A stretch of DNA of 64,000 nt. Origin: a virus. Both the position numbers and the translations under genes were made by a program. This document shows, one piece after another, positions 28,117-35,987 of this stretch (the stretch's first letter is position 1; each line of letters starts with the position of its first letter). Location: IMG/VR virus record IMGVR_UViG_3300045988_130750, positions 84,652 through 148,651 of that record; one strand, 5' to 3'. The notes beneath the pieces are model-generated. The model was not told where the DNA came from, did no database searches, and saw only the letters and a list, made by a program, of their open reading frames with translations.

Positions 28117-31100
28117 TATTTCGGACATTGAATTAATAAAAAAAATAATTCCTACTCTTACATTTAAATTTCCATATTCACCAGAAGAATATGAAAAGAA
28201 TCTATATCTTGAAAACTATCATTGTCATAAAGATTTTAGTAATACATCTACACCAGATTGTGCTGAATCTATTAATGCATATGCAGAAAGAATTCATGAA
28301 TTTGGTGCAAAATGTTTATATTCTGGTGAACATGGTTCGCAAGGCAATCAGTTTCAAGTATATAAGGTCGCAGAGAGTGAACATCTGAAATATATTCATT
28401 CTTCTGAAGTTTATTGGGTAAAAGATAGGAAAGAGAAAGATAGAGCAAATTGCCATATGATTATTGCAGCTAAAAATGCTGAAGGTCGTGGAGATATTAA
28501 TTTTGCTTTATCAATGGCTAATATAGACGGATATTATTATAAGCCACGTATTGATTTGGAGTTACTATTTAATATTCCTAAAGATAACGTGATTGTAACA
28601 TCTGCTTGTGTTGCTGGATGGAATTATGAGAATGCAGAAGATATATGGTTAAAAGTACATAAATATTTTGGTGACAATTTCTTTTTAGAAGTGCAGTATC
28701 ATAATACAGACAAACAAAAGGAATTGAATAAAAAGATATTAAGAATTGCAAAAGAGCATAATATCCAGATTATTTGTGGTCTTGATAGTCATTATGTAAA
28801 AGATGAGAATTCAATCAAGCGTGATCAGATTCTTAAATATAAGAATATTAATTATCCTGACGAGGAAGGATGGTATCTTGATTATCCAGATACTAAGACT
28901 GTTATAAAAAGATTTGAAGAACAAGGAATCTTGAATAGGGAAGAAATATATAAGGCAATTATGAATACGAATGTTTTTGTATCTGAGTGTGAAGAAATTG
29001 TTCTTGATAGAAAATTTAAGATTCCTAGTGTTTATAAGGATAAAACATATAAAGAAAAATGTAAAATCTATAAAGATACTTTGAATAAAGCATATGCCAA
29101 AGAAAAGGAAAAGTCTAAAGAAAAAGCAGATGGAATCAGATATGAAGCAAAACAAGTTATGGAAGCTGGGGTTGTTGATTATTTCTTGACAAGTAAGGCT
29201 ATTATAGATGATGCAGTTCAAAATGAAGGTGGTATTTTAACAACTACATCAAGAGGTAGTGCAGCTTCATTCATTACAAATAAACTTTTAGGATTAACAA
29301 CCGTTGATAGATTCAATGCTGATATTCCAATTTATCCTGAAAGATTCTTAACTAAAGAACGTGTATTGGCAGGTCAGATGCCAGATATAGACTTGAATGT
29401 TGCCACACAAGAACCATTTGTTAAAGCAGCAAGAAAATTACTTGGTGAACATGGTTGTTATCCTTTGATGGCAATAGAAAAATTGAAAGAAAAAGCAGCA
29501 TGGCAGTTATACGCAGGTGCAAATGATGTTAAACCTGAAGATGCCAATCAGATTTCAAAATATCTTGATGAATATAACAAAGCTTTGAAATATGCCGATG
29601 ATGATGAAAAAGAGGATATTCATGTTGAAGATTACATACCAGAAGAATATATCTCTTTATTCAAACAAAGTAATGAATATCAAGGTATTACTATTAACTT
29701 AAAAGTACATGCTTGTGGACATTTTATTTTTGATGGTGATATACGAAGAGAAGTAGGGCTGATAAGTGCCGTGTCTGAATCAACTGGTAAAAGAACAGTA
29801 TGTGCAGCTATTGAGGGTGGTTATCTTGATGAATTTGGATATGTCAAAGAGGATTTTCTTATTGTAGATAGTGTTTATCTCACATATAAATTCTTCCATA
29901 GTATCGGTATGGAAGTTCCTACCTTTGATGAACTAAGACATATGATAGACAATGATAAAAAGACATGGGATATTTATGCGAATGGTATAACTTGTTGTGT
30001 CAATCAATGTGAAAAAGAAGCCACGACTAATCGTGTAAAAAAATATAAGCCACAGAATTTGGCTGAATTAAGTAGTTTTATTGCAGCGATTAGACCTGGT
30101 TTTGCATCATTACTTAGCACATTCTTAAATCGTGAACCTTATACAACAGGTGAAAAAAAGATTGATGACCTATTATCTGACACTGCCCACTTTATGATTT
30201 ATCAGGAATCTATTATGAAAGTTCTTTCATTCCTGCAATTACAAATGGGTGAAACATATGGAGTCATTAAATCTATTTCTAAAAAGAAATTAAAGGGCGA
30301 AAAGAAAGAACATTTACTTTCTGAGTTAAATCACTCATGGAATGATGAATTTGGCAATACAGATAATTTCAAGAATGTATGGAATGTAATTGAGGATTCT
30401 GCTAGATACGCCTTCAATTCTCCACATGCTTATTCAATGGGAGGGGACTCTGCCTATCAAGCTTGGTTCAAAGCACATCACACAAAAACATTTTATGAAG
30501 TGGCTATTAACCATTACCAAGAGAAAAATAAAAAGGATAAAATTGATGCTCTTGTAAAAGAAGCTATTAAATTTTGGGGATATAAATTAGGTGATTATGA
30601 ATTTGGTGCAGATAATCGAAAGGTTACAATCAACGAAGAGAATAAACTAATATATCCTAATCTATCCAGTGTCAAAGGTTTTGGTGAAGGTGTAGTTGAT
30701 ACTTTATATGAATTAGGACAAAAGGAATATGAAACTTTTACAGATGTTTTGACTGCATTGTTTTCTAATTCAATCAATAAAACCATTGTTAATAAACTTA
30801 TTAGGATTAATTATTTTAAGAAATATGGGGATGTAAACACTCTACTTGAAATTACACGATATTATGATCTGCTCAATGGAGCAAAGCAAATTGCAAAAGA
30901 TAAAGCTGAAAAGAATAATCTACCATTTGATGTTCTTGCAAAGTATGGGAATGAGACTGCAAAGCAGTTTAATAAACTTGATTCTGGCAAAATTATTAAT
31001 GAGCTAATTTCAAAAATTCCATATAGAGAATTGACATTAAAAGAAAGATTAGATAACCAACGAGAAGTTCTTGGAATTGTAAGTGATTCAGATCCAAAAG

Positions 31101-31414
31101 TAAGCAAGCGTTTGTATTATGTATCTGAATTGGATATTAAAAAATCCATAGTAAATGTTCACTTGTTTGAAATTTATAGTGGGAAAACAAGAGATGTAAA
31201 AATGTGGACAAGTCAGTATAATCGCAACCCATTTGATTTGGGTTCTATTCTTTACATAATTTCCCTTGAAAAGAAAAATAAAAAAGAGCCAACAGGTGAA
31301 ATAAATCCACAGACAGGAAAGAAGATTTATAAGGAAGTTCCTGATAAATTCGAGTTTTGGTTGAGTAAATTTGCAATTAAGAATGATATTGAGGAGGACG
31401 AAGACGATATTTAG
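28094..31414 (+). CDS. DNA polymerase III alpha-subunit-like replicative polymerase (PHP domain plus pol core)
   Basis: The PHP-type N-terminus is LENYHCHKDFSNTS...GEHGS. SRGSAASFITNKLLGLT matches the GRGSAAGS region. The finger-region motif is YQESIM. The exact start is uncertain (see findings). Confidence 0.75.
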   Translation: MRLRRWLDISDIELIKKIIPTLTFKFPYSPEEYEKNLYLENYHCHKDFSNTSTPDCAESINAYAERIHEFGAKCLYSGEHGSQGNQFQVYKVAESEHLKYIHSSEVYWVKDRKEKDRANCHMIIAAKNAEGRGDINFALSMANIDGYYYKPRIDLELLFNIPKDNVIVTSACVAGWNYENAEDIWLKVHKYFGDNFFLEVQYHNTDKQKELNKKILRIAKEHNIQIICGLDSHYVKDENSIKRDQILKYKNINYPDEEGWYLDYPDTKTVIKRFEEQGILNREEIYKAIMNTNVFVSECEEIVLDRKFKIPSVYKDKTYKEKCKIYKDTLNKAYAKEKEKSKEKADGIRYEAKQVMEAGVVDYFLTSKAIIDDAVQNEGGILTTTSRGSAASFITNKLLGLTTVDRFNADIPIYPERFLTKERVLAGQMPDIDLNVATQEPFVKAARKLLGEHGCYPLMAIEKLKEKAAWQLYAGANDVKPEDANQISKYLDEYNKALKYADDDEKEDIHVEDYIPEEYISLFKQSNEYQGITINLKVHACGHFIFDGDIRREVGLISAVSESTGKRTVCAAIEGGYLDEFGYVKEDFLIVDSVYLTYKFFHSIGMEVPTFDELRHMIDNDKKTWDIYANGITCCVNQCEKEATTNRVKKYKPQNLAELSSFIAAIRPGFASLLSTFLNREPYTTGEKKIDDLLSDTAHFMIYQESIMKVLSFLQLQMGETYGVIKSISKKKLKGEKKEHLLSELNHSWNDEFGNTDNFKNVWNVIEDSARYAFNSPHAYSMGGDSAYQAWFKAHHTKTFYEVAINHYQEKNKKDKIDALVKEAIKFWGYKLGDYEFGADNRKVTINEENKLIYPNLSSVKGFGEGVVDTLYELGQKEYETFTDVLTALFSNSINKTIVNKLIRINYFKKYGDVNTLLEITRYYDLLNGAKQIAKDKAEKNNLPFDVLAKYGNETAKQFNKLDSGKIINELISKIPYRELTLKERLDNQREVLGIVSDSDPKVSKRLYYVSELDIKKSIVNVHLFEIYSGKTRDVKMWTSQYNRNPFDLGSILYIISLEKKNKKEPTGEINPQTGKKIYKEVPDKFEFWLSKFAIKNDIEEDEDDI

Positions 31415-31439
31415 CAAGTACAAATATACAGATAAGGAG

Positions 31440-31937
31440 ATGGAAGAGTTAATATCTTCCATCATAATCCTTATAGATACTCGTGAGAAAGTAAACTCTC
31501 ACATTACAGATTATTTTGATAGAAAAGAAATTTCTTATAAGAAGAAAGCTCTTGACTATGGTGATTATAGTTTCATGATTCCTGCTAACGAGAAGTTATC
31601 AATACCTCGTGATTTGTATTTTAATACCACTTGCGTAATTGAACGAAAAGCAAGTCTCGAAGAAATTAGCAATAATTTAACAAAAGAGCGTGATAGATTT
31701 GAAAAAGAATTATGCCTTGCACCAAAGACTAAAGTGTTACTAATTGAAAATGCTTCTTATGAGGATATTGCCACAGGTAATTATGATACAAAGTATAATC
31801 GGAAATCTTTTATAGCATCTATTCATAGTTTTTGGTTCAAGTATAATATTCCAGTTATGTTTATGCCAAACAATCAATATTCTGGCTTATTCATTCGTGA
31901 ATACTTTGAATATTTCTTAAAGAATTACCTTCGATAG
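31440..31937 (+). CDS. ERCC4 (XPF/Mus81)-type nuclease
   Basis: ILIDTREK ... YGDYSF ... ERKASLEEISNNL fits the ERCC4 signature (DxRE, GDY, ERK). ATG 31440 follows gataaggag. Confidence 0.55.
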   Translation: MEELISSIIILIDTREKVNSHITDYFDRKEISYKKKALDYGDYSFMIPANEKLSIPRDLYFNTTCVIERKASLEEISNNLTKERDRFEKELCLAPKTKVLLIENASYEDIATGNYDTKYNRKSFIASIHSFWFKYNIPVMFMPNNQYSGLFIREYFEYFLKNYLR

Positions 31938-31967
31938 AGAGAATAATACAGTAGGAGGTAACAATCT

Positions 31968-32183
31968 ATGAAAATTCTAACACGATTATTTACGAAAAAT
32001 CTCACAAGAATTCCTCTAATATGGATTACGTTCAATTGGAAACTTTTCAAAGAACATGGTGCAAAAGGTTCTTGTACGTGCAACATTCATCCTTGCTTAA
32101 AGGATGATGAGCATATCATTTCTACTATGAATGAACTGTGTGATTATATCAGAGAGAATTATGATATGGAGGATATTATATGA
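31968..32183 (+). CDS. hypothetical protein
   Basis: ATG follows gtaggaggtaacaatct. Confidence 0.5.
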   Translation: MKILTRLFTKNLTRIPLIWITFNWKLFKEHGAKGSCTCNIHPCLKDDEHIISTMNELCDYIRENYDMEDII

Positions 32184-32554
32184 GTGATTACAGATATATG
32201 AGAGTTATTCGATGCAAAGTCGATTTGGATAAAATATCAGCATCTTCATTATGGGACTTAGAAGATAAATTCACGGATTTATTTGATATGAATCTACCAA
32301 GATATTTTGAAAAAGCTGTTGTAGAGGACGATGAGTATTTAGATTATGTTCTTGAATCCAAAATTGACGACAATGGTGGCGACTGGGGAAAATCACGATA
32401 CCTTACTGAGAATGAAGCAAATAAATTTTTGCCACTATTCAAGCAAATACTCCCTGATATAAAGAAAGATAATCTAAGAGCAGTAGAATTTTGTTGGTAT
32501 GATTGTAGTGAAGCTCCATTATATTATGATGTAGACGAAGAGGAGTGGTTATAA
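32180..32554 (+). CDS. hypothetical acidic protein
   Basis: ATG overlaps the upstream stop (atatga). SD is tatggaggatatt. Confidence 0.5.
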   Translation: MSDYRYMRVIRCKVDLDKISASSLWDLEDKFTDLFDMNLPRYFEKAVVEDDEYLDYVLESKIDDNGGDWGKSRYLTENEANKFLPLFKQILPDIKKDNLRAVEFCWYDCSEAPLYYDVDEEEWL

Positions 32555-32615
32555 AAGCCAATGAAAGACGGATTTCATGTCCGTCATTTATATGAAATGA
32601 AAGAGAGGTATAAAT

Positions 32616-33173
32616 ATGGTTTATGGAGTATTTGGTGGTTGTTATAGTGACTGGTATATAGTCGGATATTTCACCAATCGTCAAGATGCGGATAAGTATT
32701 GCTGTTTATGTGGGGATGGTGACTATTATGTAAAACCATTAAAAGATTTAACTGATGAAAAAGATTTATCAAAAGTATCTTTAAAATATTGTCATGAAGT
32801 TTTATTTGATTGTAAAGATGATGAAAACAGATGGGTTATGAGAGAAGAACCTGAAAGGTACAATTGCTATATTGATAAGGATTTAAGATGTAATAGCGTA
32901 AGGCAAGGAACACTATGTAGAAATAATTGGGTGTGCTTTAGTATAAATATTGATCACGATGACAGAAAATTGGCAGAAAAAATTGCTCAAGACTATTTAG
33001 CTGAACTTCGTTCTTATGGAGATGGGAAAATTTATGAAAAGAATATTAAATTGATGAATGATAAATTCGCAGCACCATTCAAGGAAAAAGAGAGAATAAG
33101 AAAAGAAGAAGAAATTAGACAAAAAGAACTTGCAGAATTAGAAAGATTAAAGGCTAAATACGAAACAAAATAA
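32616..33173 (+). CDS. hypothetical protein
   Basis: ATG follows aaagagaggtataaat. Confidence 0.5.
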   Translation: MVYGVFGGCYSDWYIVGYFTNRQDADKYCCLCGDGDYYVKPLKDLTDEKDLSKVSLKYCHEVLFDCKDDENRWVMREEPERYNCYIDKDLRCNSVRQGTLCRNNWVCFSINIDHDDRKLAEKIAQDYLAELRSYGDGKIYEKNIKLMNDKFAAPFKEKERIRKEEEIRQKELAELERLKAKYETK

Positions 33174-33208
33174 ACGACAGTTTCTTGTGAAAAGAAAGGA
33201 GATAAAAA

Positions 33209-33436
33209 ATGAGTTCAAACAGAAATAGTAGTAGTTCAGGTATTGGAATTTGCGGAGTATTAACAATTGTATTTGTTGTGCTCAAATTAGTAGGCGTTAT
33301 TAATTGGTCATGGTTATGGGTATTGTGTCCGTTATGGATTGATATTTTGCTTACAATTATTGTATTGGTGATTATCGCCATTATTGACAACAAGACAAGA
33401 AAGAAAACATGGAAGAGTGGGAGAATAAAATGGTAG
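33209..33436 (+). CDS. small membrane protein (2 predicted TM helices)
   Basis: ATG follows aaaggagataaaaa. Hydrophobic stretches are GICGVLTIVFVVLKLVGV and ILLTIIVLVIIAII. Confidence 0.55.
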   Translation: MSSNRNSSSSGIGICGVLTIVFVVLKLVGVINWSWLWVLCPLWIDILLTIIVLVIIAIIDNKTRKKTWKSGRIKW

Positions 33437-33609
33437 TAGATTTAAAAGATTATCAGAAGGATTTTGTAGACGCTTTTAGAATGGAATTTTCTAAAGAAGA
33501 TATTAAATGTAATCCAGAAGTAAAGAAACTCGCTAAATTTATTAATCGTCAAGGAAGGAAAATTGATAGAATTGATAAAATGCGAAGAAGCGTTTTAGGA
33601 TATAAATAA
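33430..33609 (+). CDS. hypothetical protein
   Basis: ATG 33430 follows gtgggagaataaa and overlaps the upstream gene end. Confidence 0.45.
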   Translation: MVVDLKDYQKDFVDAFRMEFSKEDIKCNPEVKKLAKFINRQGRKIDRIDKMRRSVLGYK

Positions 33610-33624
33610 GGAGAATAATATAAT

Positions 33625-33714
33625 ATGAAAATTTTAGTTTTAACAATTTTATTTATTTTGATGTTTTTCAGGATTAAAGGTACGCCAAGTTCATTAAGTA
33701 AAACGTTGTGGTGA
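33625..33714 (+). CDS. 29-aa hydrophobic peptide (below the ORF-track cutoff)
   Basis: ATG 33625 follows the canonical taaggagaataatataat. The peptide is MKILVLTILFILMFFRIKGTPSSLSKTLW, with TGA at 33712-33714. Confidence 0.45.
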   Translation: MKILVLTILFILMFFRIKGTPSSLSKTLW

Positions 33715-33720
33715 AAGAGA

Positions 33721-34059
33721 ATGATTGAGCAGCTTGCAAAAAATAGAGAGAATAATAATGGAAAGCCATTGAGCGATGCAATGCAAGGAGCTTCAATATT
33801 GATTGCATTCTTTACGGGACTACTCTTAATCATCTTTTACATAATGTTAGGAAGCAAAATTGGAACAACTGAATTTATTGTAATGTCTGCTCTACAGGTA
33901 TTTACTTGTTTATGGTCATTGGGTGTAAGCTTGTCAGAAGTAAAAACAGCCTTTAGTTACAATATTGAGGATTTTAAGTTCCACAGATTCCAATTGCTTT
34001 TTAATGTGGTGTTAGATTATATTTATTATCCGTGGGCGATTTACATGTTGTTGAAGTAA
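33721..34059 (+). CDS. membrane protein (about 3 predicted TM helices)
   Basis: ATG follows gtggtgaaagaga. Hydrophobic segments are ILIAFFTGLLLIIFYIML and ALQVFTCLWSLGV. Confidence 0.5.
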   Translation: MIEQLAKNRENNNGKPLSDAMQGASILIAFFTGLLLIIFYIMLGSKIGTTEFIVMSALQVFTCLWSLGVSLSEVKTAFSYNIEDFKFHRFQLLFNVVLDYIYYPWAIYMLLK

Positions 34060-34079
34060 CAAAAAAGGAGAAGAAAAAA

Positions 34080-34616
34080 ATGGACACAATTGTTGTAAAT
34101 TTATTTGGCGAACCATCAGCAGGCAAGAGTACCTGTGCAATGGATATTACAGCACAATTAAAAAGACACGGTATCAATGCTGAATATGTTTCAGAGTTTG
34201 CCAAGGATAAGGTATATGAAAATAATGGTGAAGTATTTAAACACCAGGAATATTTATTTGGCAAACAATCATTCAAGATGGGACGTGTGAAAGATAAGGT
34301 ACAAGTTATGATTGTTGACTCTCCTTTAATATTAAGTGCCGTATATAACACTGACGAAGTGTTGGGAGAAGACTTTAATAAGACTGTACTGAATGTATTT
34401 AATTCATATAATAATAGGAATTATCTACTCACAAGACACCATTCTTATGAGAACGAAGGAAGATTCCAGAATGAAGACGAAGCAAAAGAAGTGAGAAAAG
34501 AAATTATTGATAAGTTAAATCAATACAATATTAAATATGAAGAGATTGCTTCTACAGAATCAAATTGTGAATACATAGTAGAAGAAGTTATGGAGGAAAT
34601 TAGAAATGAACAGTAA
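34080..34616 (+). CDS. P-loop NTPase (AAA/kinase-like)
   Basis: ATG 34080 follows aaaaaggagaagaaaaaa. Walker A is GEPSAGKST and the Walker B-like strand is VMIVDSP. Confidence 0.55.
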   Translation: MDTIVVNLFGEPSAGKSTCAMDITAQLKRHGINAEYVSEFAKDKVYENNGEVFKHQEYLFGKQSFKMGRVKDKVQVMIVDSPLILSAVYNTDEVLGEDFNKTVLNVFNSYNNRNYLLTRHHSYENEGRFQNEDEAKEVRKEIIDKLNQYNIKYEEIASTESNCEYIVEEVMEEIRNEQ

Positions 34617-34767
34617 AGGACATTTATTTATTAGTTTAGGGAAATCAGCAATCAGAGTAATTGGTGGAATTGTAACATTAGTGAATGGATCGATTATTCC
34701 ACTAGCAGTAGGAATTATTGTTGCTGAAGTTGGTGGTGTGTTAGAAGAATTGGTTGATGAGAGATAG
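34606..34767 (+). CDS. 53-aa membrane protein (below the ORF-track cutoff)
   Basis: ATG 34606 follows tggaggaaattaga. The product is MNSKGHLFISLGKSAIRVIGGIVTLVNGSIIPLAVGIIVAEVGGVLEELVDER. Confidence 0.45.
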   Translation: MNSKGHLFISLGKSAIRVIGGIVTLVNGSIIPLAVGIIVAEVGGVLEELVDER

Positions 34768-34809
34768 GTTAAGAAGAAACAGTTTCTTGCGAAGATTAGA
34801 GGTGATTAA

Positions 34810-35085
34810 GTGGTATTAATAAATGACAACTGGGAAGAAGTTAGAGATTTGGAAGATGTTTCTAAAATAATCAGAGAATATTTTAATGAAGATTTGGCTT
34901 ATGAAATGGATAAGATGATTCCTGAACATACAGACGAAGAATATCGGGATTTAGAATGGCAATTAGAGGAAAAAGATGGTGATATTACTTCATTAGAAGA
35001 TGAAAATGATACTCTTAAAAATCGAATTGAGATTTTAGAAGATAAAATAGAAGAGTTGGAAGAAAAATTAGATAAATGTAAATAA
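34810..35085 (+). CDS. hypothetical coiled-coil acidic protein
   Basis: GTG start follows ttagaggtgattaa. Confidence 0.45.
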   Translation: MVLINDNWEEVRDLEDVSKIIREYFNEDLAYEMDKMIPEHTDEEYRDLEWQLEEKDGDITSLEDENDTLKNRIEILEDKIEELEEKLDKCK

Positions 35086-35135
35086 CAAGAATCCATTATT
35101 TCTTATGAATAGATTAAAAAAATAGGAGAATTAAA

Positions 35136-35747
35136 ATGAAAACAGTTTTTAACTGGTTCGGTGATGATTGGAAGAGAGTAAAAAATCATTGTAGAACCAC
35201 GGATAATAAAGATTTTACAGAGAATGAAGCAACAGACACTTTTAAAAAGAAGTTGCTTATATCTGAACATTCGCCAATTAGATTACTTGAATTTGATTGG
35301 TCGTGGAAAAGTATTTATTACTGGTTGAGTACGGAGTGGTCGAGACATAAATTTGAAAAATTTATTAGCTCACAAAGAGATGATAGATTGGTTGATGATA
35401 CTCCACGAGGTAAGAAACCACAAGATGCATTGGTTAATTTTGATGGCTATGCTAATATGCAAAACCTTATTGATAGTTGGAGAAAAAGATTGTGTGGCAA
35501 TGCTACACCAGAAGTAGTTGAATTGGCAGAAGACTTCAAAATTGAATTACATAAGACACATCCTTATGAATCAGATGTGTTAGTTCCTCATTGTATTTAT
35601 CGTGCAGGTTGCCCTGAGTTTGGTTGTTGTGGAAAGATTACTGATTTTATTAAATGGGCAAAGGATAATAATAAGGAAATTAATTGGCTTAATATTCAAA
35701 ATAGATATGATTTATACAATGAATGGTTTTATGAAGTACACAAGTAA
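35136..35747 (+). CDS. divergent ThyX-like (flavin-dependent thymidylate synthase fold) protein
   Basis: EHSPIRLLEFDWSWKSIYYWLSTEWSRHKFEKFISSQRDDR parallels the ThyX block HE.PFEH..FTF.V..PIFVARQW.RHR..S....S.RY. RHR is replaced by RHK and SxRY by SQRD. Confidence 0.45.
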   Translation: MKTVFNWFGDDWKRVKNHCRTTDNKDFTENEATDTFKKKLLISEHSPIRLLEFDWSWKSIYYWLSTEWSRHKFEKFISSQRDDRLVDDTPRGKKPQDALVNFDGYANMQNLIDSWRKRLCGNATPEVVELAEDFKIELHKTHPYESDVLVPHCIYRAGCPEFGCCGKITDFIKWAKDNNKEINWLNIQNRYDLYNEWFYEVHK

Positions 35748-35765
35748 ATGTTCATTTCATAGGGG

Positions 35766-35987
35766 GTGATTAATATTAGAAATCCAAATAGATTATATGA
35801 TTTTTACAACGAAGTAACCCGATTACACATGACATATATGCCTGATTGGAGAGCAGGTCAGTTTTGGATGAACTTTTTAGGTTGGGTACAGAATGAAAAG
35901 AAACGTGATCCGTTCTTCCCAGAAGAAAAAGAAATGCTTACATATTTAAAAGAATATTGTGGAGAAAAGGAGGATGTAGATGAATAA
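35766..35987 (+). CDS. hypothetical protein
   Basis: GTG start lies directly after taggggg, so the SD spacing is too short and the start is uncertain. Confidence 0.4.
   Translation: MINIRNPNRLYDFYNEVTRLHMTYMPDWRAGQFWMNFLGWVQNEKKRDPFFPEEKEMLTYLKEYCGEKEDVDE

Noticed and set aside
33625-33714. The 29-aa signal-like peptide might be an arbitrium (AimP)-type communication pro-peptide, given the SPbeta-like features.
   Set aside because: No AimR-like TPR receptor gene (about 380 aa) is adjacent or anywhere in the window. The peptide sits among other membrane proteins rather than next to the integrase. It is kept only as a small membrane peptide.
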